From Chiloscyllium plagiosum (lineage: Eukaryota): a stretch of 64,000 nucleotides of DNA. Location: assembly GCF_004010195.1 (NCBI RefSeq), contig NC_057719.1, forward strand, positions 61,672,467-61,736,466. Direction: 5' to 3'. The position numbers and the translations under genes are program-made. The notes under the pieces are model-generated. The model made no database searches. It was not told the origin of the DNA and saw only the letters and a list, made by a program, of their open reading frames with translations. Shown piece by piece: positions 48,809-61,429 of this stretch; positions within the stretch are counted from its first letter, which is position 1; every line of letters starts with the position of its first letter.

Positions 48809-49477
48809 TTTAATGGCACTGCCTTTAACTTTTCTCTAAATATTGATTAAGGAATCAGAGACACCACTGCACCAGTATCTACTTACATTTTTACCACATT
48901 CCCCTCTAATTTGAAATAATTAGCTTTACCCCATACTGACTAAAATTCTGCCAACACTGGGCCTTCTGGTTCTCCCGCTGACCCAGCTGACTCTGCCTGC
49001 TTCCTGGGTGACAGCATGTACCTTCATGCCTTTTTCTCTAAATTGCCTCTTTAGACACCCCTTCTCTTGCTTGGCTTCTACAGGCAATTTTGGGCAATAA
49101 AGCACACTCACTTATACCTGTGGCATTGGGCATCTTGAGACCAACATGGTGACTCCTTGTAACCACTGTTGCCACATCGGCAGCAGTCTACCGTATTCAA
49201 CTGAGTTGCCACTACTCTATGCACCTCACTAGCAGCCAATTCCATCAAGTCTGCAATTTTGAAAGCTGCTGTGAAATCCAGGTCTCATCTTGTTAATAGC
49301 TTCTGTTGGATGGCTTTGTGTCAGAGGCCACTAACCAAACAGTCCCAGAAGACATCTTGGAGGAGCCCTCTGAATTCACAATATTCCACTAACCTCTTTA
49401 AGTCAGCCAAAAATTTGGTACTGGATTCTCCTTTGTGCTGTCCCGATGGTAAAAACAGAAATGTTCTGTGATCAACC

Positions 49478-49552
49478 AGTTGGACTATAACATGGTGTTA
49501 TGCGATTTTTAACTTTGTACATGCCAGTCCAACACCGGCCTCTCCAAATCAT
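49478..49552 (+). mobile_element. Short 3' fragment of the 54007 Penelope-like subfamily
   Basis: gttggactataacatggtgttatgcgatttttaacttt...cagtccaacacc matches the reverse complement of 54007-54085; tgatca at both flanks. Confidence 0.7.
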
Positions 49553-50489
49553 GATCATCAGTGGCTTTGATACAAAAAGAACTCCCCAACATTTCACACA
49601 GTTCTTGGAATGTCTTCTCCTTGGGTTTGTCTGGTTGCACCAGATTCCTTAAAATCATGAATGTCTTGCTCCCAATGGTACTCAAGAAACTAGTACCATT
49701 ATGTCTTTAGCCACCTTTTCGCCTTAAAAATGCATCAAGATTTCGGTGTATAGTGTCCAACATTCTGAGTCTTCATTAAATGGTCCCATCACTTCAAATT
49801 GACCCACGATTTTGTTTTCCTGCAACTTAAGTTAATTAGCCATCCACAGCCTGGGTCCTTTCATTAATGCTCTCTGCACTCGTCACTCCCTCACAGACTG
49901 TGCTAGCACATCATTCTTCTCTGGCATCAAGCACAGCCAAGTTCCCTTGTGACTGTTCTCTGCAGTGATTTTGGTAAGTTCTGTGTAAGTACTCCCCTTT
50001 TCAGCCATCAACTGCAGCCAAAGACCCCTCATGACCACCACTCTCTGCCTATTCCCTGGTGTTCACTGTTCTTCACTGGCATTGAGTCCCCTTGTAACCA
50101 CTTCCCTCAGTATTACCTTCATCATCCAATGCTATTTTCAATGTCTGGGTAATGTGCTTCCTCCCAACAAATAAAATGCCTTTCGCATATCATTTGTGAC
50201 ACGAATCCAATAAACAACCCAATTAAGTTCTGATGCCACTTACAAACTAAACACTTATTTCTTGCAAACGCACATTCAGTATTTCAAGAGCTTGAGAAAT
50301 AAAATATCAAACAGACCCAATGTCTGTTGGAGCATATGTGTGTAATGGCTAAAGTTCAGACACTAGTTACCTGGTGACTGAGTTTCTAGTTACCTTGAAG
50401 ATCCACCACAATTGTGGTTAGCAACAAATGGGGAACATCCACATCCCAGGAAAGGCTTTTGAAAAAAACACACCTTTCAGAATCACAAG

Positions 50490-50830
50490 AAATTGCATTG
50501 TATTATACAGCCAATGAAGTACTTCTACAGTTTAGTTTATATTGAAATGTAGGAAAGATTTCTAGACAGCAAGGTCCCATGGTAGCAATGAGGTAAATAA
50601 TTGGATTTTCTGATTCACTGACCTCAGTTGGAGAAGGATAAATATTGGTCAAGGTACCAGTAATAGCTCCTTTGTTCCCTTCACCTCTTTCAACAGTGCA
50701 ATGGGTCCTTTAATGTCCACCTTAGAGAAGCTATTGACCTGCAGTTTAAGGTCCCATCTGAAAACAGCAAGTCAGTGGTCTAGCAATCTCTCATTGAGTA
50801 CCAATATAAATTTTGTTCTGAATTCTATAG
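50490..50830 (-). mobile_element. Deu-domain SINE (SacSINE1/AmnSINE1-like)
   Basis: 'tacagccaatgaagtactt', 'tgtaggaaa', 'ggataaatattggtcaagg' and 'atgggtcctttaatgtccacc' occur in the order expected for the reversed Deu domain. Confidence 0.65.
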
Positions 50831-51749
50831 AGCAGAATTCCAAATTTCATACATCATGATAAGAGATTCATCACCATCTCTGGCCAACAAAAGATGTTTG
50901 CTTTAATTGTAACACCACCTACATCTCACAGACAATTTTTAAGTCAATATTTACGTTTCAACTACACACACATAACATATAATAACAATTATGTCTAAAT
51001 GTGGCCTGATGTTATTTCCATGTTGTACCTGATACTAAATTTGATTATCAAATCCGATCTAAATTATATGTAAGCACATCTTACACAACTGAACACTTCA
51101 TCTCTGTATATGATCATTTCTGTATGCATTCAGAAAATGGTATTCCATGTGTCGGTGTAATACAAGGGTGATTGCTTCTGTATGTCATTTTCCACAAATC
51201 TGTGCCTCAAACAATATCATCAGAAAAACAAAGTAATGGATTGGAGTGACAATACAATTATTACACACTGTAAAGGCATTAACAGTTCTGAAAATCCAGC
51301 CTTTGTCATTGAAGAAGACTGCATAAATTTGGAGAAAGGAAGGAAATGTGGTAGGAAACTACGAAGACAAATTATTAAAAATTTAATGAAATAAAACTAA
51401 AGTTTAAAGGTTAGTAATTACAGTAAGTAAGACATCTCTGAACGTGTAGAACATCCATAAGATCTAACAATCAAAATACATTCAAATCAATGCAAGAGTC
51501 ATAATAGTTTTTCAAATTACATTGAAAACTCCTGTCATGTACTGACTCCTGTCAACTCAGTTTTAAATGGATCATCACCATTTAAATTTGGTAGCGGTTA
51601 TATCTGTAGGTGATGTTGTAACAGAGTTTTCAATGTTCACTGCCATATAACTAGCCGCTAAATAGTCTGAAAGTAAATACAGTAAATGAAAAAAAATTGC
51701 AACCTACATGCAGTTTTCTGCTTTGTCCACTGAGTGTCACTGTGGAACA

Positions 51750-52750
51750 GCCTAAAGTTGTACAACTGCAGCCATGTTGTCCAAGGTTTTAAAAAAATCC
51801 AGATCAATTTCAAACTCTGGAATTCCAATTCAAACAGTGTTTTGTTTGTCATCTTGTCAGATCCTCTGGATAGACCCCATGAGCAGCACCTGTTTATTGA
51901 GGCTTTCTTTGTCTGAGCTGCTCTAGCAGATCACACTAACAAAAATCCAAGTTCCTTCATCCTTGCCATTTTGTCCTTAACTAACAAGCTGTTTCATCAT
52001 TACCTGTTGGCACAATCCCTCATTTGACTACCTTTCTGTAAGATCACTAACTGCAAAGCCCTGTAGCCACAAGTCTTTCTTTAACCCACCCATCTTATCC
52101 TGTATTGTTCTCCTTTACTCCAGTGCATCGCTTTGCAGCGTGCCTATTGTGCAGCAATACCACTTACTCCCTATTTCCTACTGAGAAACTATTTGTCCAC
52201 TGTTCCCTTTTCCATTTCAATCTCCACTGGAAATAATTCGCTTCATATCCAGCAATTTTTCAAATCCTTTCTCCCACCTTCACTAACCCTTTCCTGCTGA
52301 GCAACATATCAGCCCTTGTCCCCATCATCATAACAGATCAGGTTTACAGAAAACACTCCTCCTCCAACAAGATGTAAACTTTCAGCTTCTCTTTGCTCCC
52401 CTTTCAGCACAGCAAATAATCAATGCAAGCCCATGTAACTGACCAACAAACACCTACCTTTTTGCAGCCTCACCACCCCTACAGTACCTTCACTGAACAG
52501 AGCACTGCTATCTCACTGTTAATTCACACTTCTAAGTGGGAAGATACATTAATGGTGACCTAATATAACGTACTGCTCCTTAAGCGCAGGGAAATTATCT
52601 TCTGTCCTCAACAGAACATTAATAAGGGCCGCAGAATCTAGTCCACTTACACCACATAATGTCTAAACATTCTGCTCACCCTCGCATTCCCTGTCCCCAT
52701 TCATTTTCACATGTTCACTTCATTATGCCAATCTACTCAGCCTCTTGGGG
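51750..52750 (+). mobile_element. Very old L2-like LINE remnant
   Basis: Pyrimidine/C-rich strand, LDRPHE..FIE (YRPP-like) and PFLLSNISALVP motifs; heavily degraded. Confidence 0.35.
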
Positions 52751-54006
52751 TTATTTTCAAGACTCTCTTAACCCTGTTTGACGTAAATAACACATTGGTT
52801 TTGATTCCCTGCTCTACAGAAGAGTGGATTACAAAACCCGATCAGACAAAGTGAAACAGAAAGTGTAAGATTTTACAAGTGGGAAACCCCACTTGCAAGG
52901 TGTCGGTGACTGATTTCCATTGGCTGTTGGAGAGGAAATTTCCTGAGAATCGTACTAACATGGCCAGGATTCTTTCATTGCATATTCTGTTCACTGCTTG
53001 AAAGAAACCTGTTACATCACTTTAGTTTGGAAAGCCAGAGCATTTGCTGTGAACTCCTATTCGTTTGTAGACTCTAATCACTGGTTGGTTCAACAGCAAT
53101 AGTCTAACACTAAATCAAAAGTGAGAATAAAGTTCCAATCTTGAAATCTTTTCATGATCCCTATTCATTTGTTTCCCCTGAAACATATGATTTCTAAAAT
53201 AACTGAAAATGAGGTCGTTGTTACGAATTCACTATCTAAACTTCTGACTTACTTCTAATTTTCAATGATTTTCATGTACATTCATGATTTGCCTCTCCCA
53301 ATGATGCAGTGCTTCAGAAGTCTCCCAAATTGACAACTGCAGAATTAGCCACTTTGAAAAGCAATTCCTGAGTAATGAAACATTAAATTGGATTCACAGA
53401 ACCCCTACATCTCCAGTAAACCATCTTCTGGGCCCCTCTTTGAGTTATGTAATAAGAAGAAATAATGACCCAGAGGGGCAGAAGGAAAGCTGCTATTCAC
53501 TAAAACCACGTCAGCCCACCCCATGCAAACCCCCAAGATGATTTTCAGAAATTGGGGCACAGTGTGAGCTCTCAAATTCCCTCTGTAAGGTTCTCTGTAT
53601 CTTCACTTTTAAGATTCTGCTCCAGAGTTGAATAATAACAACTTAGGTTGATTAAAAACCATCTAAAAATGAAAATAGAGGATGCATTTGGTGAAGTGGT
53701 AGTGTCCCTACCAGACAGGGCTCATGCTGTCAGCTAGCAACAACAAGCTCGGGATTGGTCTCTGCATGTGCTCTGATGTCACCATGTGCTGTTTGCAGTG
53801 ATGTCAGCACCAGCTCATGCCCAAATTGGATTGCCTTTATTTCACGTTAATTAGTTTTCAAACGTGACAACAAATTCCCTGCACTCCGTTGGCCATTCCC
53901 TATGCTCCCTTCCAATTTATTGCACTGGTTCAGTGCAGGGCAGGGGCAGGGCAGAAAGCGGCCACTCAGATGAGCCTTGATTAGCCAAGGTTCCTCTGAA
54001 GTAATT

Positions 54007-54201
54007 ATGATGTGGAGGTGCAAGTGTTGGACTGGGGTGGACTAAGTTAAAAATCACACAATACCAGGTTATAGTCCAACAGGTTTATTTGGAAGTACAA
54101 GCTTTCGCAGCACTGCTCGTTTGTCAAGTAATGAAGGAGCAGCACTCTGAAAGCTTGTGCTTCCAAATAAACCTGTTGGACTATAATCTGTTGTTGTGTG
54201 A
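54007..54201. mobile_element. Penelope-like palindromic insertion (third subfamily) with decayed hammerhead
   Basis: Arms tatagtccaacaggtttatttggaag / cttccaaataaacctgttggactata; centre taATGA-A-GGAGC-agc-aCTCt-GAAA-GC-TT; left arm about 47 nt longer. Confidence 0.8.
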
Positions 54202-55507
54202 AGTATGTAGAATCAGAAGCTGTGTGTGTAACCAGTGTGATTATATGGGCAGTGCCATCTTTGTGACAGGCAGCTGCTGCTACCACTGGGTAATGATGTC
54301 ACATTGCAATGCTACGTTCCTGCACATGCACACTGGTTGTCGAGAATAAAAACCTTTTTGACTAAGCACTAAGTAAAAGCAGCATCTTTATAAATAACTA
54401 TTACTAGTTACAAAATTCATCTAGTCGAAGATTCCACATTCCAAACACCTTTCAAGTAGAATTTTGAATTAATAATTCTTGAAAATAATGACAGACATTA
54501 ATATATTTCAAATCCTATTTCTCGATAATGGAAAACAAATAAAGACAGCGACATCTTGAAATCATATTTTCATATTTTACGTAACATTCAGTGATTCACA
54601 ACAGGTAAATAATTCTTAGTATATTAATTTTCATTATGTGTAGAAATCGCTTTTATTCCCCAGTCATATTGCAAAGTAGTGAAGATAAGAGTGATCTCAC
54701 ACACATCAGTAAATTCTTTTCAATGACCAACCCACTCCACTCAACTTTGTTTTGACCAGGTGAGGTGCAGGATGCAAGTCCAGATGCTCTACGGGAAGCA
54801 ACTATTAGATTACCTCTGAATATCCTCCGAGAAATGAAACTTGTAAAAATACCTGATCTGGTACATGGATTATTGAACTGGGCAATGAAAGGTTGAAACT
54901 TGTGCCAGAGACACAGCCCAACCAATTAATCCAGCTGATATTCCCAAAGCAAGTTTTTAACCCAAGTTCGGATCCATTGTAGGACTGGCCACTTTAACTA
55001 CTGTGTTAACCACTCAAAAGAGTTGAAAAAGCCATCCACGTCAGTCTCACCACATTTTGGGTTAAATGAATGAACCTCAGCCCTTCAATCTGAATTCAGC
55101 ATGGTTCCCTCACCAGAACTGACCAGGATAATGTTGTGCTAAAGCTGACACACTTATATCCACTATGAAATTAAGTTAACCTCTGCCAGGTCCCTCATAG
55201 GTACCAGCTGCTGAGATATTATAAGATAGAAGGAGTAGTGATTGCAATGGTGACTGGAGCAAAATACACTTAGGGTGCAAGATTCCTTTGTTCTGAATCA
55301 AGCCGCCCTTTGTCAACAGGTGAAGAAAAAGTCAAATTTATATTAAGTCAAATTCATGTTTCGTAAGCATTTTAGTACCATTTTTTGCTATTATGATATA
55401 ATTGCAGCTCAATTTGTGTTGAAATTTGAAAGTAAATGTGTTCTAAATAAATACTGTATTTACAATTAATAATTGATAATTATTTTGTAAACAGTTTACA
55501 AGCTTAG

Positions 55508-55810
55508 CTATGGTGGCTCAGTGATTAGCACTGCTGCTTCACAGCACCAGGAACCTGGATTCGATTCCAGCCTCGGGTGACTGTCTGTGTGGAGCTTGCA
55601 CATTCTCCCTGTGTCCGCATAGGTTTCCTCTGGGTGCTCTGGTTTCCTCCCACAATCCAAAGATGTGCAGGTCAGGTGAATTGGTTATGCTTAATTACCC
55701 ACAGTGTTCAAGGATGTGTAGGGTAGGGGAATCGGTCTGGGTGGGTTACTCTTTGGAGGGTTGGTGTGGACTTGTTGGGCCTGTTTCCATGTTATAGGGA
55801 TTATTATTCA
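55508..55810 (+). mobile_element. HE1 V-SINE
   Basis: A-box tggctcagtga, B-box ggattcgattcc, V-domain, LINE-like tail. Confidence 0.9.
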
Positions 55811-56240
55811 AAAGTTTTTGTTCATTTTAAAAATCATCTTTCCTCTCCTCATTTTTAAGTTTTGGTTCCTTCCATGATATGATCAGAAATCTCTTAAGGC
55901 ATCAGGTATTTTAGCAGCTGCTTCAAGAGACCTGGAAAGGCATTAACGCTGCCTCTTCCAGGGAAGACTCACCAATTCACAAGCTAATTAGGCAGTGGCA
56001 AGGCACCAGTGGCACATCTCCTGGAATCAGATGCATGGGGACAGAGGTCCCACTTGTTGGGAGCTGCTGACTAATCAGAGGCTAGTAGCTCTTATGTTGG
56101 CATGTCATGGAGGAGGCCATGGCTGCTGCTGGAAGTACACCCACTCAGTGTCCAAGGATTGTAGGATGAACAAGGAGAAAGGGAAGTGATGTGGTGGTGG
56201 GGGGGGTCAGTTTTTCTCATTGGGCTCTGTGTAGCTACAA

Positions 56241-56448
56241 AGTAAAAACAATGACTGCAGATGCTGGAAACCAGATTCTGGATTAGTGGTGCTGGAAGAG
56301 CACAGCAGTTCAGGCAGCATCCGAGGACAGGCAAAATCCGAGGACAGGCAAATTTTGCCCGAAACGTTGATTTTGCCTGTCCTCGGATTTTGCCTGTCCT
56401 CGGATGCTGCCTGAACTGCTGTGCTCTTCCAGCACCACTAATCCAGAA
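56241..56448. mobile_element. Penelope-like palindromic insertion (fourth subfamily)
   Basis: Perfect arms; 15-bp TSD tctgtgtagctacaa (56226-56240, 56449-56463); centre keeps only gcccGAAACGTT; left arm about 32 nt longer. Confidence 0.9.
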
Positions 56449-57205
56449 TCTGTGTAGCTACAAGCAAGCTAGATGTCTAATCCCTTGATCAGATGCTGAT
56501 TGCCTTGAATTGAGAGACTCTTGCCCATTCTTCCCTAAGATAACAGGTTGTCTGCAGGGAAACCATGCGTGCTGCATAGTAACATGCCAGTTTGCTACTG
56601 GGTTAATCTTAGCAGCGATGGGCTAAGACCCATGAATAGCCAGTACTTGACTACTTAAGGGTCTCAGTTGGCTGGCCAGAAGTATTGACTGTGGGCTTTC
56701 CTTCATTTAATTTTCCATTGAATTTGGTGCCTTTCCTGTCTCCAAAATCACCACCATCAAGACAAGGTTTTCCCCATATTTTGAAATGAAGAGAATATTT
56801 CAATTACCTGTTACTTCTAACTTATATCATTACCTTGTCAATCCCTAAAAATTAAAGAACTTACTTGTAAACAACCAATCTCCCTTTTCTCTCCAAATTC
56901 ACTATGTATGTTGTCACCCCCCCAAAACCTTTCTCATCTATTCTGGAATTTCATGTTTTAATCCCTCCAGTCAGGTTTCTATATCTGTCAGAATACCAAA
57001 AGAGTTCTTTTCAAATTCTGAAATGCCATCCCATGTGACTGTGACAAAGGCAAACATTGACCTCATAGCCATTCCTAACTTATCTGCAACATTTTACATG
57101 ATTCACCTTTCATATCCTCTACTAGTGCTTCTCCCCTGTCACCTGGCTGGTTGGAACTGCTCTTACCTAGTTCTATTTCTTAGCTGCTGATTTGCAGCTA
57201 GAACA

Positions 57206-59056
57206 CTAAAGAGGGAAATCAGGAGGACAAAAAGGTGACATGAGATAGCTTTGGAAGATAAGGTAAAGGAGAATACAAAGGAATTCTACAAGAGGATGAA
57301 CAGCTAAAGAGTAACTTGGGAGAGAATAGGGCCTTGAAAGATCAATGAAGCGTCTACGTGTGAACCCAAAGGAGGTGGGTGAGATCCAAAACAAATATTT
57401 TGCTTCAGTATTTACCATGGAGGCTGGGAACTCAGAAAGTAAATAGTGATGTCTTGAAAAGAGTCCACATTACAGAAAAGAAGTTGCCGGAGGTTTTAAG
57501 ATCCAAGAAGTTGGATAAATCCCCGGGCCCTGATCCAGTGCATTCCAGGACATTGTGGGAAGTTAGGAAGGAGACAATGGAGCCACGAGCAGAGAAATTT
57601 GTATTATGGACAGCCATGGGTGAGGTGCTGAAAGACTGGAGAGTGGTTAATGTTGTGCCTTTATTTAAGAAAGGCTGCAGGGAAAAGCTGACTACAGCCT
57701 AATAGGCTTAATGTCAGTGATGGGTAAGTTGTTAGAGGGGATTCTATGGGCATTTTGAAAAGAAAGGACAGGTTAGGGATAGGCAGTATGGCTTTGTATA
57801 TGGGAAATCATGTCTCATAAATTTGATTGAGTTTTTTGAATAGGTGATGAAGAAGATAGATGAAGGCAGAGCGGCAGATGTTGTCCACATAGACTTTAGC
57901 AAGGTCTTCGACATGGTTACCATAGTAGACTGGTTAGTAAGGTTAGAACACATGTAATCCAAGGAGAGTTAGCTATTTGGATACAAAGTTGGCTTGATAG
58001 TAGAAGTCAGAAGATGATGCTAGAGGGTTGTCGTTCAAGCTAGAGACCTGTGGCCAAAGGTGTGCTGCAAGGATTGGTGGTGGATCCACTGTTGTTCTTC
58101 ATTTATATATAAATGATTTGGATGAAAATATAGGAGGCATTGTTAGTAAGTTTGCAGATGATACCAAAATTGGTAATACTGTGGACAGTGAAGAAGATTA
58201 TCTAAGATTAGTGTGGTATATTGATCAACTAGGTCAGAGGGCTGAGGAATGGCAGATGAAGTTTATTTCAGATAAATGCAAGGTGTTGCATTTGGTAAGA
58301 TAAGGCAGGACTTACACAGTTAACGATAGGGCCCTGGGGTGTGTTGTCAAACAGAGAGACGTAGGATACACAGTTCATTGAAACTACATCACAGGTTGAC
58401 AGGGTGGTGAAGGAAATGTTTGGTGTGCTTGTCTTCATCAGTCAAAGCATCGAACATCGGAGTTGGACAATCATGTTACAGCTGTACAAGACATTGGTAC
58501 GGCCACATTTGAAGTATTGTGTACAGTTCTGGTTGCCCTGCTGTAGGAAGGCTGTTATTAAACTGGAAAGCGTGCAAAAACAATTTACAAGAATGTTACC
58601 AAGACTGGAAGGTTTGAGTTATAAGGAGAGGCTGAATAGGCTGGAACTATTTTCTTTGAGCATAAGAGGCTGAGCGGTGACCTACAGAGATTTATCAAAT
58701 CATAAGGGGCATAGATAAGCTGAATAACCAAAGTCTTTTCCCCACAGTAAGATAGGTCAAAATTAGAAGGCATAGATTTTAGGTGAGAGGGGTAAGACTT
58801 AACAGGGACCCGAGGGGCAACTTCTTCACACAGAGAGTGATGGGTATATGGAATGAGCTGTGAGAGGAAGTGGTAGAGGGCAGTACAATCCCAACATTTA
58901 AAAGACATTTGGACAGGTACTTGGAGAGAAACAGTTTAGAGGGATATGGGCCAAACGCAAGCAAATGGAACTAGTTCAGTTTACGAAACCTGGTCAGCTT
59001 GGTCGAGTTGGAATGAAGGGCCTGTTTCATACTGTATGATTCTATGAATTCTATGA
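57206..59056 (+). mobile_element. 5'-truncated decayed CR1/HER1 LINE
   Basis: DKSPGPD, VVPLFKKG, KFADDTK and LYKTLVRPHL; (ttctatga) tail. Confidence 0.93.
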
Positions 59057-59281
59057 ACTGCCAATGTTATGGTTCTCCCTTCACAATTTGAGCTAGTTCA
59101 ATTTTATCTCCCTTTCTCTTTGCATTTCTCTTTCCTGGGATTGCCTTTCTTCTTTCTATTCCTGCTTCTCTATCTCTTTCTTTCTCTTTTTCTGCTTCTT
59201 GTTCTTGCCCCTTTCTCTCATTCTTGGAATTCTCTTTACCTTCCGATGGAATTCCAGCTCTAATCCTACCTATTCTGGGGG

Positions 59282-59600
59282 TGGCATGGTGGCTCAGTGG
59301 TTAGCCCTGCTGCCTTGCAGCACCAGGGACCTGGATTTGATTCCAGTCTTGGGTGACTGTCTGTGTGGAGTCTGCACGTTCTCCCTGTGTTTGTGTAGGT
59401 TTCCTCCCACAATCCAAAGATATGCAGGTTAGGTGAATTGGTCATGCTAAATTGCCTGTGGTGTTCAGGGTGTAGGTTAGGTGTATTAGTCAGGGGGAAA
59501 TGGGAAATGTAAGGGAATGGGTTTGGGTGGGTTACTCTTTGGAGGATCGGTGTGGACTTGCTGGGCTGAAGGGTGTGTTTCCACACCTTGGTATGTTATA
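59282..59600 (+). mobile_element. HE1 V-SINE
   Basis: A-box tggctcagtgg, decayed B-box, V-domain, tail. Confidence 0.9.
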
Positions 59601-59865
59601 TTGTCCTCTTCTATGAGAGTATTAACATGAAATGTACACATCTTGCAATTCAGTGTTAGAGAACAAAAAAAATGTTTGCAATTTTTTGAAAACAGCTTTT
59701 GAAGGAACAATTTTTTCCCACTTCAATTTTATTGTTAGTTGTTTGGAATGTCCCAGTCAAACCCATAATTTTGTTATGACTCGGTGAGGAGGAGTGAATC
59801 AGCTCCAATCTATTTAACCCCCTCAGTTTAGTATGTAGCTCTAACTCATTTCATTAAAATTATAG

Positions 59866-60064
59866 GAGAAAGTGAGGTTTGTAGATGCTGGAGATCAGAG
59901 ATGGAAATGTGTTGCTGGAAAAATGCAGCAGGTCAGGCAGCATCTAGGGAACAGGAGAATCGACGTTTCGGGCATTAGCCCTTCCTGAAGAAGGGCTAAT
60001 GCCCGAAACGTCGATTCTCCTGTTCCCTAGATGCTGCCTGACCTGCTGCGTTTTTCCAGCAACA
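59866..60064. mobile_element. Young Penelope-like palindromic insertion with one intact hammerhead core
   Basis: Near-perfect arms; 14-bp TSD cattaaaattatag (59852-59865, 60065-60078); left arm about 41 nt longer. Confidence 0.9.
59983..60014 (+). ncRNA. Minimal hammerhead ribozyme core
   Basis: TC-CTGAAGA-A-GGGC-TAAT-GCCC-GAAA-CG-TC-GA; same helix II as 23786 with a different loop; helix I only 2 bp. Confidence 0.55.
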
Positions 60065-61429
60065 CATTAAAATTATAGTTTGCCAGTTCACCAAAATCAA
60101 ATAAGAAGCCAATTACAAGGTTTCTTGACTGAAAGAAAAATTCATTTTATTACTTGCTAGTCCCAAGAAAAATGACAAAAATATGATATCAAATGAACAC
60201 ACAGACACAGGTATAAAGCTTGAAAAGGGACAATGCCTAGAACAAAAACTAAGATAAAAGAGTGTGTAGTTTAAACGTTTAGAGCATTCCTGAGGAGTTA
60301 GGTTTTAATCTGCAACCACTGTCATTTAACTGATATTTTCTTTCCTCAGCCGTAGCAAATTTTGCAGATACTTTTGAGACCCCAGTAAATTAATGTCTCT
60401 CCAATTTGTTTTAACACCTGGTTGTATCCTTCAAAAGAGATGGGAGAAAACAAGAACAGAGAGAGAGAAAGAGCAAGCCTTCTTCAGTTCTGGTTACAAA
60501 TCCAGCCTTCTCTCTACTGCTCTGCCAAAGCAGCTGCTTGACATACAATTCATTAATGTATTCCCATGTCTGGGCTTATTGTTTTCTGAGCTAAGTAATT
60601 TGTAGGACTTATTTTCATTTCCAACATGTGAAATATATTCATAAAGGTGTCAATCAAATGAGAGACACAGGTCTGAGTATCAACATCTTTTGCAAGTTTT
60701 AATTATGCCTTAGACTGTCCTTGTTCATCTAACATTAGTTTCCTGAAACTAGACTACTTCTGGAGCTGACTGCTGAGGCCATTTACATTAGTGTGTATCC
60801 TCTCTTAAAAATTTTATGGGTCTCATAAAAATTGATAGTTCACATTTTACCACTTTTCTAGCAATTTACATCAGCTTCCTTCAAACCACATATTTTCAGT
60901 CCTCAAAGTCATCAAAACTTTGCAAAACGGTGGATGAATCAGGTCACCCTGATCTGCCCCATGCCAATAGGGAAATATAATCATCCTTCTTTCAAAGTCT
61001 ATTCAAAGGTATAACTTTATGTCTCTAGAAAGTTTAGTTGATGCCTAGTACCTGAACATTGATGACTGTGTTAATCTTTGTCAATTATCTTCTTGGACTT
61101 GACTATTTTTAGTTTTAAATCAAACACCTGTACCTGAAATTCAGTTTTCCTTTCCAAGTCAAACGTTCCTTTTCCCTGAAAGGAAACCTAGCTCCTTCTA
61201 ATGTTCAAGACTGTCTGAAGTTTGAATGGATCTAGTTAGTAAGAAGTCTGTGTAGCCCTCCAGGACTGGAGAGGAGGACAAGATTGTTACTTGTACATGA
61301 TCTTTTTCTCTCCTGTGAGCTCCACAATCTCTTCCTGTTATCATAATATTTTAGTATTTCTATAGGTTATTGTTTTCCTTGTAACAAATAAAAATTTCTG
61401 AACCGCTTTCGACGATCAAACGTGATATG

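Larger units (their letters stand above)
45050..50100 (-). mobile_element. Decayed Gypsy/Ty3 LTR retrotransposon internal region (gag-PR-RT-RH-INT)
   Basis: Gag with Cys-rich knuckle remnant near 49120-49190; protease VDTGAVVSLI near 48855-48885; RT DQYPLP..DLPQAYLQ and YLDNILI near 47200; RNase H LTDHRLL; integrase SNNAPQF..YHPTTNGQ. Gypsy domain order. PBS-like tggttacaaggg near 50089-50100. Confidence 0.9.
59772..60930 (-). mobile_element. Possible solo LTR hosting a palindromic insertion
   Basis: Starts tgttatgac, tttatt (AATAAA on minus) near 60146, non-coding; right boundary uncertain. Confidence 0.35.

Noticed and set aside
55508..55575. tRNA gene
   Set aside because: The tRNA-like head continues into HE1 SINE body; the same applies at 59282 and 16290-16357.
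59069..59263. Hydrophobic 64-aa ORF resembling a membrane peptide
   Set aside because: Translation of a low-complexity CT-rich tract.
16033..60064. Palindromes as MITEs, CRISPR repeats or miRNA genes
   Set aside because: Arms are asymmetric, TSDs vary in length and sequence, there is no repeat-spacer array, and the DNA is eukaryotic. A miRNA cannot be supported without expression data.
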